A program made the position numbers and the translations under genes. A stretch of 62,732 bases of DNA, filler included, from Collodictyon triciliatum (Eukaryota), in NCBI GenBank assembly GCA_043381765.1. It is 9 parts of 9 records of this genome, joined end to end, with 100 filler letters (N's around TTAATTAATTAA, not from the genome) between each part and the next. Parts side by side here need not be neighbours in the genome. Positions count along the whole stretch, not along the records: positions 35,717 to 43,021 come from JBHJMP010003963.1; positions 43,122 to 50,426 come from JBHJMP010003964.1; positions 50,527 to 57,832 come from JBHJMP010003965.1; 6 more parts are not named here. One strand, given 5' to 3'. Below are positions 40,604-53,600 of the stretch, one piece after another; position 1 is the stretch's first letter, and every line of letters starts with the position of its first letter. The notes below the pieces were generated by a model, which saw nothing but the letters and a program-made list of their open reading frames with translations, was not told where the DNA came from and did no database searches.

Positions 40604-42860
40604 TTAGAGACCAAGAACCAGACGCTGCGGGTCCTCGACAATGTCCTTGACGCGACGGAGGAAGGTGACAGCCTCCTTGCCATCGATGAGACGGTGGTCG
40701 TAAGTCAGAGCCAAATACATCATGGGGCGAATCTGGACAGTTCCGTTGACAGCGACAGGGCGGTCGAAGATGCCGTGCATTCCGAGAATGGCGCTCTGGG
40801 GCATGTTCAGAATAGGCGTTCCCATGAGCGAGCCGTAGACCCCGCCGTTTGATATGGTGAATGTGCCGCCAGCCATGTCTTCCAGGGTCATCTGTCCATC
40901 GCGGGCCTTCTTTCCAAGACGGTTGATTTCCAGCTCGATCTCGGCAAAGTTGAGGCGGTCGCAGTTGCGCAGGACAGGGACGACAAGGCCGGTCGGAGTG
41001 GCCACGGCGACGCTGATGTCGATGAAGTCGCGGTAGAGAACCTTGTCCTTCTCGATGACTAGTGATGGGGCAGCCTTTTGGTGAGACGGCGATTGCACAG
41101 GTTGCTCGCTGCACGGATATACATACACAAGTGCGTCGATATGTAAATAAGTGTGTCACAAATCCGCCTTTACCGGCATTCACCACGGGGCTTTCAACCA
41201 GGGCCGTGGCGGCAGCCTTGACAAAGCACGACATGAAACCAAGCTTAGAGTTGTAGCGCTTCTGGAAGGCATCCTGTGGAGAGTGACGTTTTGAAAGAAA
41301 TGCGATTGAATGTGGGATTCATTCTGGTTCTATCGAGTTTGTCTCTTGCGATTATAAAATTGTCGAGAAAATCTACATAGTAGGACCAGGGAGCATCTCT
41401 ACATACCTGGTATTTTTCACGGAGAGCCTTGAGGTTGCTGAGGTCGGCCTCTTGGAAAGTCGTGAGCATCGCAGCAGTGTTTTGCGCTTCCTTCATCCTC
41501 TCTGCGATGCGCAGACGCATGCGTGTCATGGGCACCTTAAGAGAACCAAAGAAACAATTCGGAATGGGGATGGAAATATGACGAAAGAAATGCAGTCTTA
41601 ATTATTTTTGTGCATGTGTGTTTGAACTCCAATAGAGTTCCCTTCAACTACTCACCACTTTTGTTCCGTCGCCATCGCTGACTGAGGCAACAGGAGCAGC
41701 CTAAAAGCACCCAATAATTACAAAGATGGTCTGTAAATGAAAGAAAAATAACGAGATGAGATTGATATACGCACAGGCTTCGGTGCAGCGGCCTTCTCGA
41801 CTTTGGGTTCTGCCTTTGGAGTCTGGGCTGGTGTGGCCTGAGCGGGGGCGGCAGCAGGAGTCAGGGCAGGTTTGGGGACAGCAGCAACAGCAGCAGCCGG
41901 GGCTGAACCGGAGGCGCCGACAGAAATTTTGGCGAGCGGCTGTCCAATCTCAACAACTTGGCCCTCATTGGCCAGTCTCTCTCTCAGCACACCAGCCTGC
42001 GGGGCGCGGACATCCACAGTGATTTTATCGGTTTCGATCTGCAGGATGATGTCGTCCACCTTGACTTCGTCTCCAGGAGCTGTTGATGATGTACATAAAG
42101 CGATGTTTCAGAGTTAGTATATTTGTGAGATTTCGATTTTGAAGATGGAATGATATGCAAAGGAGATGCCTCCAGGAAATTCATTTGATGGGCAGAATGA
42201 AAGTCCTGTATTCGGATGTATGGGCAGGTGGATTGTGGCGACTGGATGATATGAGAGATTGAGTTCATCATGGGTTTGGATAGGATATGAAACCGCGCAG
42301 CCAGTTGACGATGGTTCCGTTTCGGATGGAGTCGCCCATTGATGGGGTTTTGAGCTCAAATTCTGTGTTGGTAAGATGCTTAGGGTGAGCGGTATGTTTC
42401 GGTGGCTTTTGAGAGAGAGGAATGGTCTGTTTGGCGTGTTTGGTGTGTTTCGTCGCGTTTTGTAACAGATATCGAAACCATTTGCCGAGGAGTAGAGTCG
42501 GCGAGTCGGGGCTTGAACCACATGGGAGGTCTTCCACGAGGCCGACACGGTTTGGGGTTGGGTGGCTTTTCATTTTGGGACGGGAGAGGAGGGAAGCGAT
42601 GAAAAGAAAGCATAAGCTGATGGGATCATATGGGGTTATATTGAGTTGTGTTCATCATTTAATTGTTTTTCGTTTTCATTTATTTTGTAATGAATGTGAT
42701 TTGTTGTGATTTATTTATGTTTTCTGTACCGACGATGCGAGCAGACAGCGCCTTGCTGGAGAAACGGGCGACCTGAACAGATTAAAAGAATAGGGCGATG
42801 TTCAACACAAATGGAAACCAACTTTTGACGAGTCAAGATATCACGTGTTTGGAGAGCCAT
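40604..42860 (-). CDS. DLST: Mitochondrial dihydrolipoamide succinyltransferase (2-oxoglutarate dehydrogenase E2)
   Basis: Targeting-like [26 protein letters not shown], lipoyl domain (PSMGDSI…IETDK), Ala/Pro linker, [28 protein letters not shown] and [11 protein letters not shown]. The exon junctions checked are in frame. Confidence 0.97.
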
Positions 42861-42877
42861 TTCTCAGAGCTAGAAGA

Positions 42878-42883
42878 AAGAAA

Positions 42884-42965
<82 letters not shown>

Positions 42966-42966
42966 A
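42878..42966. repeat. (AAAG)n microsatellite just upstream of DLST
   Basis: Direct tandem repeat. Confidence 0.95.
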
Positions 42967-43435
42967 ACAACAGCAGAATAGACGATCGGCTCCGAAAAGT
43001 AAAAGCTACATTTGGTGCAGCNNNNNNNNNNNNNNNNNNNNNNNNNNNNNNNNNNNNNNNNNNNNTTAATTAATTAANNNNNNNNNNNNNNNNNNNNNNN
43101 NNNNNNNNNNNNNNNNNNNNNAAAGAGAAAAGAGAAAGTAATGCTGATATGAAAAAAAAAGGGTCAAATACATGACGTTTGCTTCCCAGACTTGCATTTT
43201 CTTCAAAGGCGTGCACCCTTTTTTTTCTATTTTACTCAGAGGGCTGTTCAAGGTGATGAAAGCGTGAATGCCTACAAGGACACTCAAGGCGACTCGAGGA
43301 GCCAAACCTGAAAATTATCGAGAAACATCCCTTTCATGAGATTATTTGGGGTTAAGAAGGGGTTGTATTGTGCTTAATAGAAAGATAATAATATCGCTAC
43401 TATTGCGAACCTTTGTTACCTTAATGGGTCACCAA

Positions 43436-43894
43436 ATTATTATTCCCCCCCTTTATTCGATTCAAAGTGTAGCGAGGTTATGCCATACAAAGAGGCGAGA
43501 TAGTTGCGCATGGGAGAGAACAAACGCGAGTAGGGGAAGACACTACTGTAGAGGGCTAGCACTGGAAAGAAATCAGTGATAGCGAGCTGGTCAGGTGGGC
43601 GACCCAACTGGTTGATTGGTTGCGTGGGAAGCAGGGGTTGGATATGCTGTAAGAGAAATCACACGACACGTTCCCTCATCTCTCTTCGCTTGCGGTCAGA
43701 GTAGCATAAAATGCGGGCCTGTTCCAGCAGGTTGTTCAGGAAGCTGTATTGCACAAGGCTTTCAAGTCTGAACACATTGATTTCTCGTTCGGGTCGAATC
43801 ATTAGAGCGAGAGAATGCACGCACACTCCATAAGGACCACAGCATATGTCCCCTTGTGACTGTCCAGAGTATTCTAGAGTCGTGGGTCATTTGG
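43436..43894 (-). mobile_element. 5'-truncated copy of the same LINE (about 460 bp) with target-site duplication
   Basis: Aligns by eye with about 19290-19730. Flanked by TAATGGGTCACCAA (43422-43435) and TAATGTGGTCACCAA (43895-43909). The 3' end is AATAAA-G7-(AAT)3. Confidence 0.9.
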
Positions 43895-44306
43895 TAATGT
43901 GGTCACCAATGATTTAGATAAGAAGCCGAAAAACAAACAGTAAGAGAAGGAAAAAAAGAAAGCAAATGATAACTTTTAGAATCAGGAAGGTTTTTCTTTG
44001 ATAATCAGAATCCTTGCGATGTGGCAAATGAATAGAGAATTTTAGATAGAGCCGAATCCATCTTGGTGCAGAAAATAATTCACTGTTGTTTGGTTTTATT
44101 AAACGGGGTTCGATAACCCGAAACGCGATAGAAATCGTCCAATTTTTTTGTTCCTTATCATTTAAAATCATGTCCAAAAATGATTGTCATACGCACGAAT
44201 ATAGCTTTCAAGGAGTAAAAAAATATTTTTTTTTTAACGACAAAGGAAGCAGGGGAGGGTGGATGGAGTTGCATGAAAGAAAAAAAAAAAGGAAAATTAT
44301 ATTCTT

Positions 44307-47300
44307 TTAAGTCTGGTATGAAGATACCACCCAGTCATTATTATACGGGTCGTATATAAGGAATTCAGGAGCTTGATGAGCATCTGGGTCATACTCTTCC
44401 ATGGGTTGGGTGAATCTTATTTTTCGGCTGTAATAAATGGCTGAAGAGAATAAGAGTATGGCTGACGATGAAATGATAATGGCAGTTAAAACGGCTATGG
44501 ATGTCTGTGGGGAGTCAAATCCTAAATCAGGAACAGGGATTTTCCGTTTGTTGGCAAACAAAGAGACAAAACCAGTTTCGTTGCATCTACAGGAGGCTGT
44601 ATTGTTCATTATCTCGACGTAATGTACAGCACAGGCCGTAGAGTTCCATATCGAAGAATTTGTCCATAAAGCACATATAATCTCATCTGAATGCATTAAA
44701 AAAAAAAGATATAAGAACTATCAGCCGAAAGCAGACACTTATATCATACAGGCATAATATAAATAATAATAATAACATATGAGCGCTATTATAAAAAAAA
44801 AAGCATATAGTACTTTAGTACTATCTTTTTCGTTTCAAAATACCTTGAAGCTCTATATCAGTAAATGTCATGTTCATTTCGACGAAAAATGACTCATCGA
44901 GACTGAGAGTGTGAATCAAAACAGACCCGTTCGAATGATGGAGGTTTGTTTGAGTTATATTTGATATTATCCTAATAAATTTCAACCACGAGAATCTTAA
45001 TTTAAAGAAGGTAGGTATACAATCCTTTTTCTCTCTTAAATGATTTGCAATTGAGTAGTTTTGGTGAGGCTATAAAATTTTATAAAGCCCATTAAAAATT
45101 GATTGAATCTAATGAGATAAAAGATACCTTGAATCTGGATATCCAAACAGCACACCATTCATAATATTTGCTCGAATTTCGTACGCTGAAGCATATACAC
45201 AGTCTCCAAGCAGTAACGAACTCCCCCCAAAGTAAATAGAGTTTGTATTTGTTTTTAAATATCGCCACTTGTCCACAATGGGAGAGGCTACGATTCATGG
45301 CATAAAATAAATGAATTAAGGCCGCATAATGATCATAAAAAACGATGCTTTAAGGTTGTGACATAATATTATTGACTAGTAAAATAGCTATTTACTCACC
45401 ACTCTCAAAAACTATGTCTAGGTAATTTGCAGAGTAGCTTCTTGTCGATTCCCCACATACAAGGTTGTAATTAACAAGTTCTTGAAATGAAGTTATCTGA
45501 GAAGGCGACTGAGAGTATAAATCTCGAGATACAGATAATGAATCATCCCTTTGGCTTCCTGATTGACCAAGTTCCAAGACTTGGCTGATTACAACAAAAA
45601 GATTCTATATACGAAAGAAATAGTATCACTGAAAACTGCAATTGTTTTGTTTATACTAATTAAATCTTGGAAAGAAAGAAATCATACAACTAATATATCT
45701 GATGTCATGAGCGAGCCTTTTTGAGATAAATCCTTGGCTACGCTCGTCAAAGATGATGTGAAGCGTATAGAAAGGTCTATGGTTGTAATATTCTGTGGGA
45801 ATGGAATGACAAGGCCTTTTGAGACAAGGGATAAGACGGATGAAAGTGTGTTTGTATTTTTGTCCAGTCGGAGCCAGGAAACAAATGTGTCATTCAGGAC
45901 TTGGTAGACGATGTCGCGAGTGACATAATCATCATTACGAAGGTTGGAATCTTTGGCCATGTTTTCGATTAGGCCTCGATTTGTACGGAGATTTCGAAGG
46001 CCAGATGTTCCTCCTAATTTAGTATGGAAAAGATCAGGAAATCATCCAAATTTATTTCTAAAATCGTATAGTTATTTATTGTATTCAAAATTGAAGAGTG
46101 GTATATGAAACTTCTATATTTATTTTTTTTTTTTAAAAAAAGCTGCTTCAATAGCTGGGCATCTATAAAGCAATCGATAATTGACAAACCAAATGATTGT
46201 AGAATGATGTTGGCATAGCTTATAACTAAATAGTCATCTCCAGAAGCTAAAGCATCGGTATAACCACCATCGAGTATAGTTAATGCGGCCTCAATGGTAT
46301 CCTCAGGATGTTTGCAGACTACAAATGTTGAAACTACAATAGATGCCCCAAAACGATTCGAAACTTCTACATACAGAGATATATTTCCTGCAGGCAAAAG
46401 AGTTTGAAATAGGTTGGATGAAGATCTAGATACCAGGACAGGTGTATCAGATTCTTCAGTTTTGAAGTAAAAAGAAAAAGTCAGCGGAAAGTTCTTTGGG
46501 ATATCATCCCAAAAATTTGCTGACATGGTAAATTCGGTTGACAATCCAAAACCTTCAGGCGGTGATATGATAAAATTACCACCAGAAGGAGGAGTGCTTG
46601 TTGATATCGTTTGTGATGACATGCCATTAATTTCACCCTGGTGAGAAAACAACACAAAGCTGTAGGGCATGCCATACATCAAATTATTGGGCATTATGGT
46701 CATGATTCTATTATCAGGAGAAAAAACTGCTACAGATGACAAGTCGATCAATTCGTTTTCAACAGCCCAAGAGTATGACAGCTTCGTTATATTATTAGAT
46801 GAAGATGGAGTTGCGAATCCTGAAAGAGTTATTCTTGAGCTTTTGATAATATGATCAAGTGAGGGAAAATAAGTTATTCCTGTAACGGGTGGATTGCCCT
46901 CTACAAACTCCATCCAAGAGAGAGCTCGAATTGTCCTTCCTAGTTTAGTGGCAAGCACAGTAAAGATGTATTTTCCTTTTTCAAGAGACCCAGGAGGGAT
47001 GCTAATTTGAGATGTTGTCGATATACCACTCTTACAAAATGCAACAGATGAATTGGTGCGAATAAATGGTTCACAATCCCATCGATACTTAAAACCTCCC
47101 TCGAAGTTATCCAAATCTTCGGCAAGAGCAGATATAGTATTCAATTCATCAATACCCGCGATTCTATTTCCACCCCTGACAATTAAGTTGTAGGGAGAGG
47201 GCAAAATCTTTAGGGTTATACTGTAAGAGCTAGTTCCAGTCCCATCCTTGTTGCTCACAGAGAATCTCAACGCGACGGAAGATCCAGAAAATCTCTTCAA

Positions 47301-50300
47301 AATATTTGCAGGAAGATTTAGCTGCTTTTGGGTCAAAGATATTGATGAGTCAAGTACAACAAAAGACGGGATTTTTTCACCTACCAAATCCCATCTCAAG
47401 TTCACATGTATCGGTGATGTAGCAGTTCCATCGCATCTAACAGAAGAATATACACCTGTTATTATGTAAGACGATGCAGGGAAATAGCCAATGGCTTGAT
47501 TTCCCAATATACCAACAGAAGGAGCGTTCCCTACACCGCGATACACGTTCACGTATTCAATAGAAGACTCTCCGAGAATGTTCGTTACTTTAAGTTGGAT
47601 TGTATATGTCGTGTCAGGCCTCAAAAAATTGAACATAAAATCTGTCGGTCTTATAGTCACCACTGATGAGTGTGTGTCGAGGAAAAATACGGTCAGGGCA
47701 ATATTATTATCGACGGAATTTGAGTCAAGTCTTGAAGAATTTACAAAAGCCCATTCATATGTTAACGTTTGAGACCCGCCAAAAGACCCGCTTCCGTCTA
47801 AAATCAATGGTGTGCACTCTCCAAAATTATTTCCTGATAAAACAGCAGTGGGCTTCACTAAAGTTGTGTATCCAAGCTCCCGACTTCCAAAGGAAAAAGG
47901 ATATAAAATACGGTCCGCATTCGTCTTTCCAAATGCAACAATGGTGGAATTTCGTAATGTAAAGAGTGTTCCCAATAAAGGATATTTTTTTTGGTAAATC
48001 CTTAAAGTGTTGTATGTGGGCCAAGTGCAGACCGATTGATGTCCGATTGAATCGAGCGTTTCACTGTCGAGAAGGTCAGAGCATGATGCGGGAGAGGAAC
48101 TAAACTTTCGTCCCATGTTCGTATCCCCATCAAAAATCATATCGATGGAATAAAGGTCTGAGGTATACCGAGCCGAAATCAAGGCTATGGGTTTGGTGAT
48201 AAAAGAAAAGGATTGCTTTGCAGTAACGTCTGTTTGGCCATCAAATGAAATACGTATAGTTACTATTTGTGGTTCACTTATCGTTGGTAACAAGCAAAGC
48301 GCCACGTTGGAATTGATGATGACTGGTTTCTCAGGGGAATGAGCACCTCCAAATAAACAAGAGGAGTACCGAGCAAATCCTATAGGAAATCCGGAACCTG
48401 AAATAGTAATCCAACCACTATTTCCTAACTCATTTTTGGTGGGGAATATAGAAAATATACTGGCGTTGTAAACAGCAAATCTTTCTGGGCCTATATCCCT
48501 ACTGGAGGCAATTGAAGCATTTAGAAAGAAGTACCCAGTGCTATAAAAAGTCTTTGTCTTGAAGATATGTGACCTATTCGAGATCGGTGTTGATGTGATA
48601 GTGTAAAGTGGCGTTTGCATGATTTTGATAGTCACAGGTGAATTCTTGAATTCGGTGGAATTTACAGTTACAACTAGATTACCCTGAATAGGCGATAGAT
48701 TTGGTTCTATGGATACAATACCAGTAGTGAAGAATTTGAACCATGTAAAATCGTTGGTAACAGACTTTTGGCCTCCAACCACGATGGATATTACAACATC
48801 ACCAGTGAAAGTTTGAAGCCCAGGATAACAAAGAATTATCTCATCACTTACCCATATGGTATTGTCGCATGGAACATATCCCAGAATGGCAACTTGGCCA
48901 AGTTGTGATGGTCCGAAATTTTTTCCAGTCAGAGTGATTGCAACGCCCCCAACCAAAGAGCTTGACAAAGGATTTGGGGGTGCAGTAATGACTGGGGCTT
49001 CGTATTTCCATTTGAGTATGTTAGATTTCATTCCATTAATTAAAACCATCAAATTCAAGTTTGCACCAATCCCAGGAGGTGTAGTTATAATGATAGCACT
49101 ATTTGATGTAGAATTTGCCTTCAAGGCTTTAGAATTTCCAACAAAAACATCAATCTTAACATTGTGATCTTTAGTACCTAGGTTGTATCCTGTGATAGTA
49201 AGATAGGTACCACCTTTGGCTGGACCAGAAGAAGGACTGACGTTCACTAATTCAGGACCTTCATAATTCCACATCCATTTACTATTGATTGGGGTCGTTA
49301 TATTGTTTGCAATGACCTGAATGGGCAATCGATTGCCTAAACCAGCAGGAGGTATACAGTGAATAGAATTGGGATATGAGTAATTACAATCCAACCACTC
49401 AACACCACCGACGATAACACGTGGTGCCAATCCAAAGTCTGGTCCTGTGATTGTAAGAATTGGCCAGCCACCGCCAACCTGACCAGTAAGTGGTGATGCG
49501 TCCAATATGTCTGGAAGATAACTCCACTCATTGTTTAAGGCTTCTTGGTCTGCCACTTTAACAGATATCTCAACTTTACTTTTCAAATTACCTGATTCAG
49601 ATGTAAAAATTACCACATTATTTGCTCTCTTGAAAATGTTGGCAGCTTTAACCTCCTTCGAATTCATTGATAACACAAAAGATCCGGTCATTGAGTCATC
49701 CCCAAAATTGTCGCCTATGACAGTAACAGGAGTACCGCCCAATAGGGTACCTGACTTTGGCCACAGACGAAAAACAGTCGGTTTGGAGAAAGAAAAAAGA
49801 ACATTGGGATTGACAATGACATAATTGTATATGAAAAGTTTGACTAAAAGTGAGGAGCCAACACCACTGGGAGAAAAAAATGTCACTTGGGAATCGGACA
49901 CAACATCGGCAGTAATATTACTGAGAGAACCAATCTGAACAATAGCTGTTGTTGCCCTACCAGCAAATCCAACTCCATTCAGTGTCACACTAAACCGAGA
50001 TGCTGGAATGACATCAACAACAGACGGTTTTACACCAAATAAATCGGGTAATTTGTAAGAAAAGGTTGTCTCTGAAATACCCGGTTTACCAAAAGCATAG
50101 AGATTGACTTTAAAAGTTCCGATTCGACCAATGCCGGTAAGGCATGTAACTTTATCTTTTGAAAGAATACGAATTCCATCACATTCATATGGCCCGATAA
50201 ATATCTTGCAATTCACAGGTGAAGATGGGAAAAAGACACCTGTAAGGGTAACCAGTGTATTTCCACCTATATAACCGTCAGAAGGGACGATGCTTTTGAC

Positions 50301-50426
50301 CGAATGCACTTTCTCAGGTTCCAAAGATTGAGATTGGGATTGGGATTGGGATTGGGATTGGGATTGGGATTGGGATTGGGATTGGGATTGGGATTGGGAT
50401 TGGGATTGGGATTGGGATTGGGATTG
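44307..50426 (-). CDS. Large single-pass receptor: tandem IPT/TIG domains, REJ-like region, GPS/GAIN-like motif, TM; 5'-partial
   Basis: 1436-aa exon with repeated PxxGxxxGGTxxTIxGxNFG (IPT/TIG) units and REJ-like motifs (LDGSGS, TYEW, PPSGG…ISPPEG…TEFTMSA…WDD…FPLTFSF). The last exon has C…W…WNSTAC…CRCN, then a hydrophobic helix and a short tail. Confidence 0.88.
50331..50426. repeat. (GGGATT)n hexamer; reads as an in-frame Gln-Ser repeat on the minus strand
   Basis: CAA TCC repeats run in frame into CAA TCT TTG GAA CCT of the receptor ORF. Confidence 0.85.
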
Positions 50427-50577
50427 NNNNNNNNNNNNNNNNNNNNNNNNNNNNNNNNNNNNNNNNNNNNTTAATTAATTAANNNNNNNNNNNNNNNNNN
50501 NNNNNNNNNNNNNNNNNNNNNNNNNNAAAAATTAAGTTTGACCTCTTATTCATCTAGAATTCATCTATTTATCGTTG

Positions 50578-50680
<103 letters not shown>

Positions 50681-50689
50681 CATAATCAG

Positions 50690-53600
50690 GATGACAAAGG
50701 ATGCGTAGCAATAATTGCGTTTGGTGTTCCTGGGTTTACCCATGATGGTAATTTTTTAAAGAAAATATTATGCACATGCCAAACCACCTCTTTAATTTTT
50801 TACATACGTACACATTAAAAAAAAAATCAATAAGATGATCCATATCGTGCCGTGATGACTGCTGTCAAGATAGAGTCAGTACTGGAATCAAACAATATGA
50901 AATGTTCTATTGGCTGTGCGACAGGTAAAGTGTATTGTGGTGACGTAGGAAATCGAATAAGAAGGGAATATTCCTTGGTTGGAGGTGGGTATATTTTACA
51001 TCAATTTCATTAATTAAAGCTGTTATTATATGCTTGCATGGGATGTTTCACATAATTACTAGTAATTCAAATCATTGCATTTTTTTTTTTACTTGAGCCA
51101 TGCATTAATGTCCTTCAGACTCTGTCAACTTTGCAGCACACATGATGTCGAAGAATCAGGGAATACTGTGCGATCATAATACATATGACGCTTTAAAAAG
51201 CATCATAACCTTTGGAACTGTTGTGGGGTTGAAAATAAAGGGTACATCTAAATGAACGATTAACTAGCATACGTATATTGACCGGCCATATATTTTTCTT
51301 TTTGTTCTGACTGGATGTATTGGTTACGTCATTAAAAAAAAATTGATAAGAGTGTTTAAGAAAGAAAAAAAAACTATTTGATGCATTAAAAACACAATCA
51401 TTCTATTATTTATGTAGGTAAACCGCTGAATTTGGTACTCTATAAACCAAACCCTGATGAAAACATATTTTCCTCAAGGATACTATTAAAGTCTTATTCG
51501 TCGCTTAGATCTAATTCAATGACAGGTCTTGATGCAATTGGTAATAGCAGTAATTTCAAAACAAGCAGTCCACTTAAGGAAATGGTTGGATTTGATGATT
51601 ACCGAGAGCAAATCGAGTTTTTGATCAGAAACATGGAAAACCCGAAAGATGAAGCATTATCAATAGATTGGGTTACACCTGATTCTCAAGTTGTCATACT
51701 AGAGGGAGATATTGGCATGGGTAAAACAAGGTTGATTAACTCTCTCAAAGGTTACTGCCAAAGTGTGGATGTTAAAGCAGTGTACGGACATGGGTTGAAT
51801 ATGCACACCAACATTCGATTTTTTAGCTGGTCGGGAATACTCCAAAGGCTTGTGGATATTTCGCCTCAAACCAACAAAAGACAAAGAGAAGAGGTTTCAT
51901 ACATCTATTATGGAAAGTATTTTAAAAACATATGAATAACAATGAGCAGAAAATATGAAAAGAAAATCATACTAGCTTTAAAGAACGAAATAAATTTCCC
52001 TCATGTTTCCATACGCTGCTATTAAAAATGAGATGCTAGCGATAAGAAAAAATTCAATTCAAGAATCAATTTTATAACACTAGATGGTATTTCTGAGTAT
52101 ATCTGGTGCCAAAAAAGAATCCAGAAGAATGTCAGCATACCGCTCGTTGAATTCAGATGATCGGCAATTAATTTCCGATTACATGCCACTCCTGAATGAG
52201 ATATTCGACTTCAATACGGCTGAGACTGTATCATCATCTTTATTGGATCCAACACAGAGAATTGATATGACAATATACCTAATTGAAAGATTGGTCAATA
52301 ATATGACTAACTTGACATCTGTAATATTTTTCATTGATGACATACATGGGTTAGTATTATCTTTTCCAAAAAAAAAAATGAAACCAAGAGTAACAAGAGT
52401 TAATAGAGATTACAATTAATTTTTATATTTTACCCAGTAGTATTTTTTTACATAAATTAAAATTAAAATTTATAATTACATGAAAATCAGATTCGACCAT
52501 GCATCTTGGATGCTATTCATACATTTGGTGAACTCCTGTCGTCGATGTCTTTTCATAATCAGCTATCGACCTAGTTTCGAGAATGCGTCCTATGAATATC
52601 TTCGCCGAATTCAATCCCAGAGAATATCAAAGCGTATTGCTCTCAAGCATTTAGCCAGAGAAAATGCATATACTCTTGTAAAATCTTGCTTAACAAATAT
52701 ACCAGTTTCTCTTAAAGGACTTGATTATATATATCGCCTAACATCAGGACATCCATTCCATATTACAGGTTTTTTCACAATAGGAATAATACTAGTGTAT
52801 GTCGATAAAGTGCATGATGTGATATGTATTTTTAACCATGAAGCGTCATTATTTTCATTTTGTCTTTTGGATAATTTGTTTGAGAGTATGAATAGTACTG
52901 AACTACCCTTGAATTATGTAGAGATGTGTCGATATTTAAAGATATACATGGAAGTAGATGGTAATGGAGACGAGGGAAACAGAATGCTCACAGATAACCT
53001 GGAACTGTTATCTTTTTCAAAGTCCCTGGATGATTTAGTAGTATTTTGTTATCATTTCGCATATTATAAGATAACCAAAAAAAAAAACATATACAATTAA
53101 ATCATAATTTGTTATCCTAGTTAAAACAATATAACTAGATTCAACAACAACTTGAAGAAATTGATTCTGTCTCCATTATGATTCTGAAAGTAGCAAGGTA
53201 TGATAATTCATTTTAGAAAAATTAAATAAACTTGAATGGATGGCATATATCATAGGGAAGACTCGTATATAAGCCTGAATTATCAAGTTTTTACTTAACA
53301 TGGTGTCTTAAGTAATATCATATCGTGCATTTGCAGTGTCTTTGGTGTAAGAGGAAAGCTCTCTGTTTTGATGAGATGTGTTCCTCAAGTTATCACCATC
53401 AAAACATTTGAGCAATATTTTCAAGTATGTGTCGATAAAAGGATGATCGAAAAGGATCCAACAAATTATGATTTTTTCATATTCCGGACAGAAGCCATTC
53501 AACAGATTACCTGTATGTTTTTCTTAATATGCTACTCAATTATTATACATTATCTTTGATAAAATGAAGTCCTATCAAACAGGAGCTAACTATGAAGTGA

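Noticed and set aside
43170-43310. Possible isolated minus-strand exon at scaffold start
   Set aside because: Too short, with no recognisable homology, to support a call.
50331-50426. (GGGATT)n at a scaffold end as a telomere
   Set aside because: It is the reverse, not the reverse complement, of TTAGGG, and it reads in frame as a Gln-Ser tract of the receptor gene.
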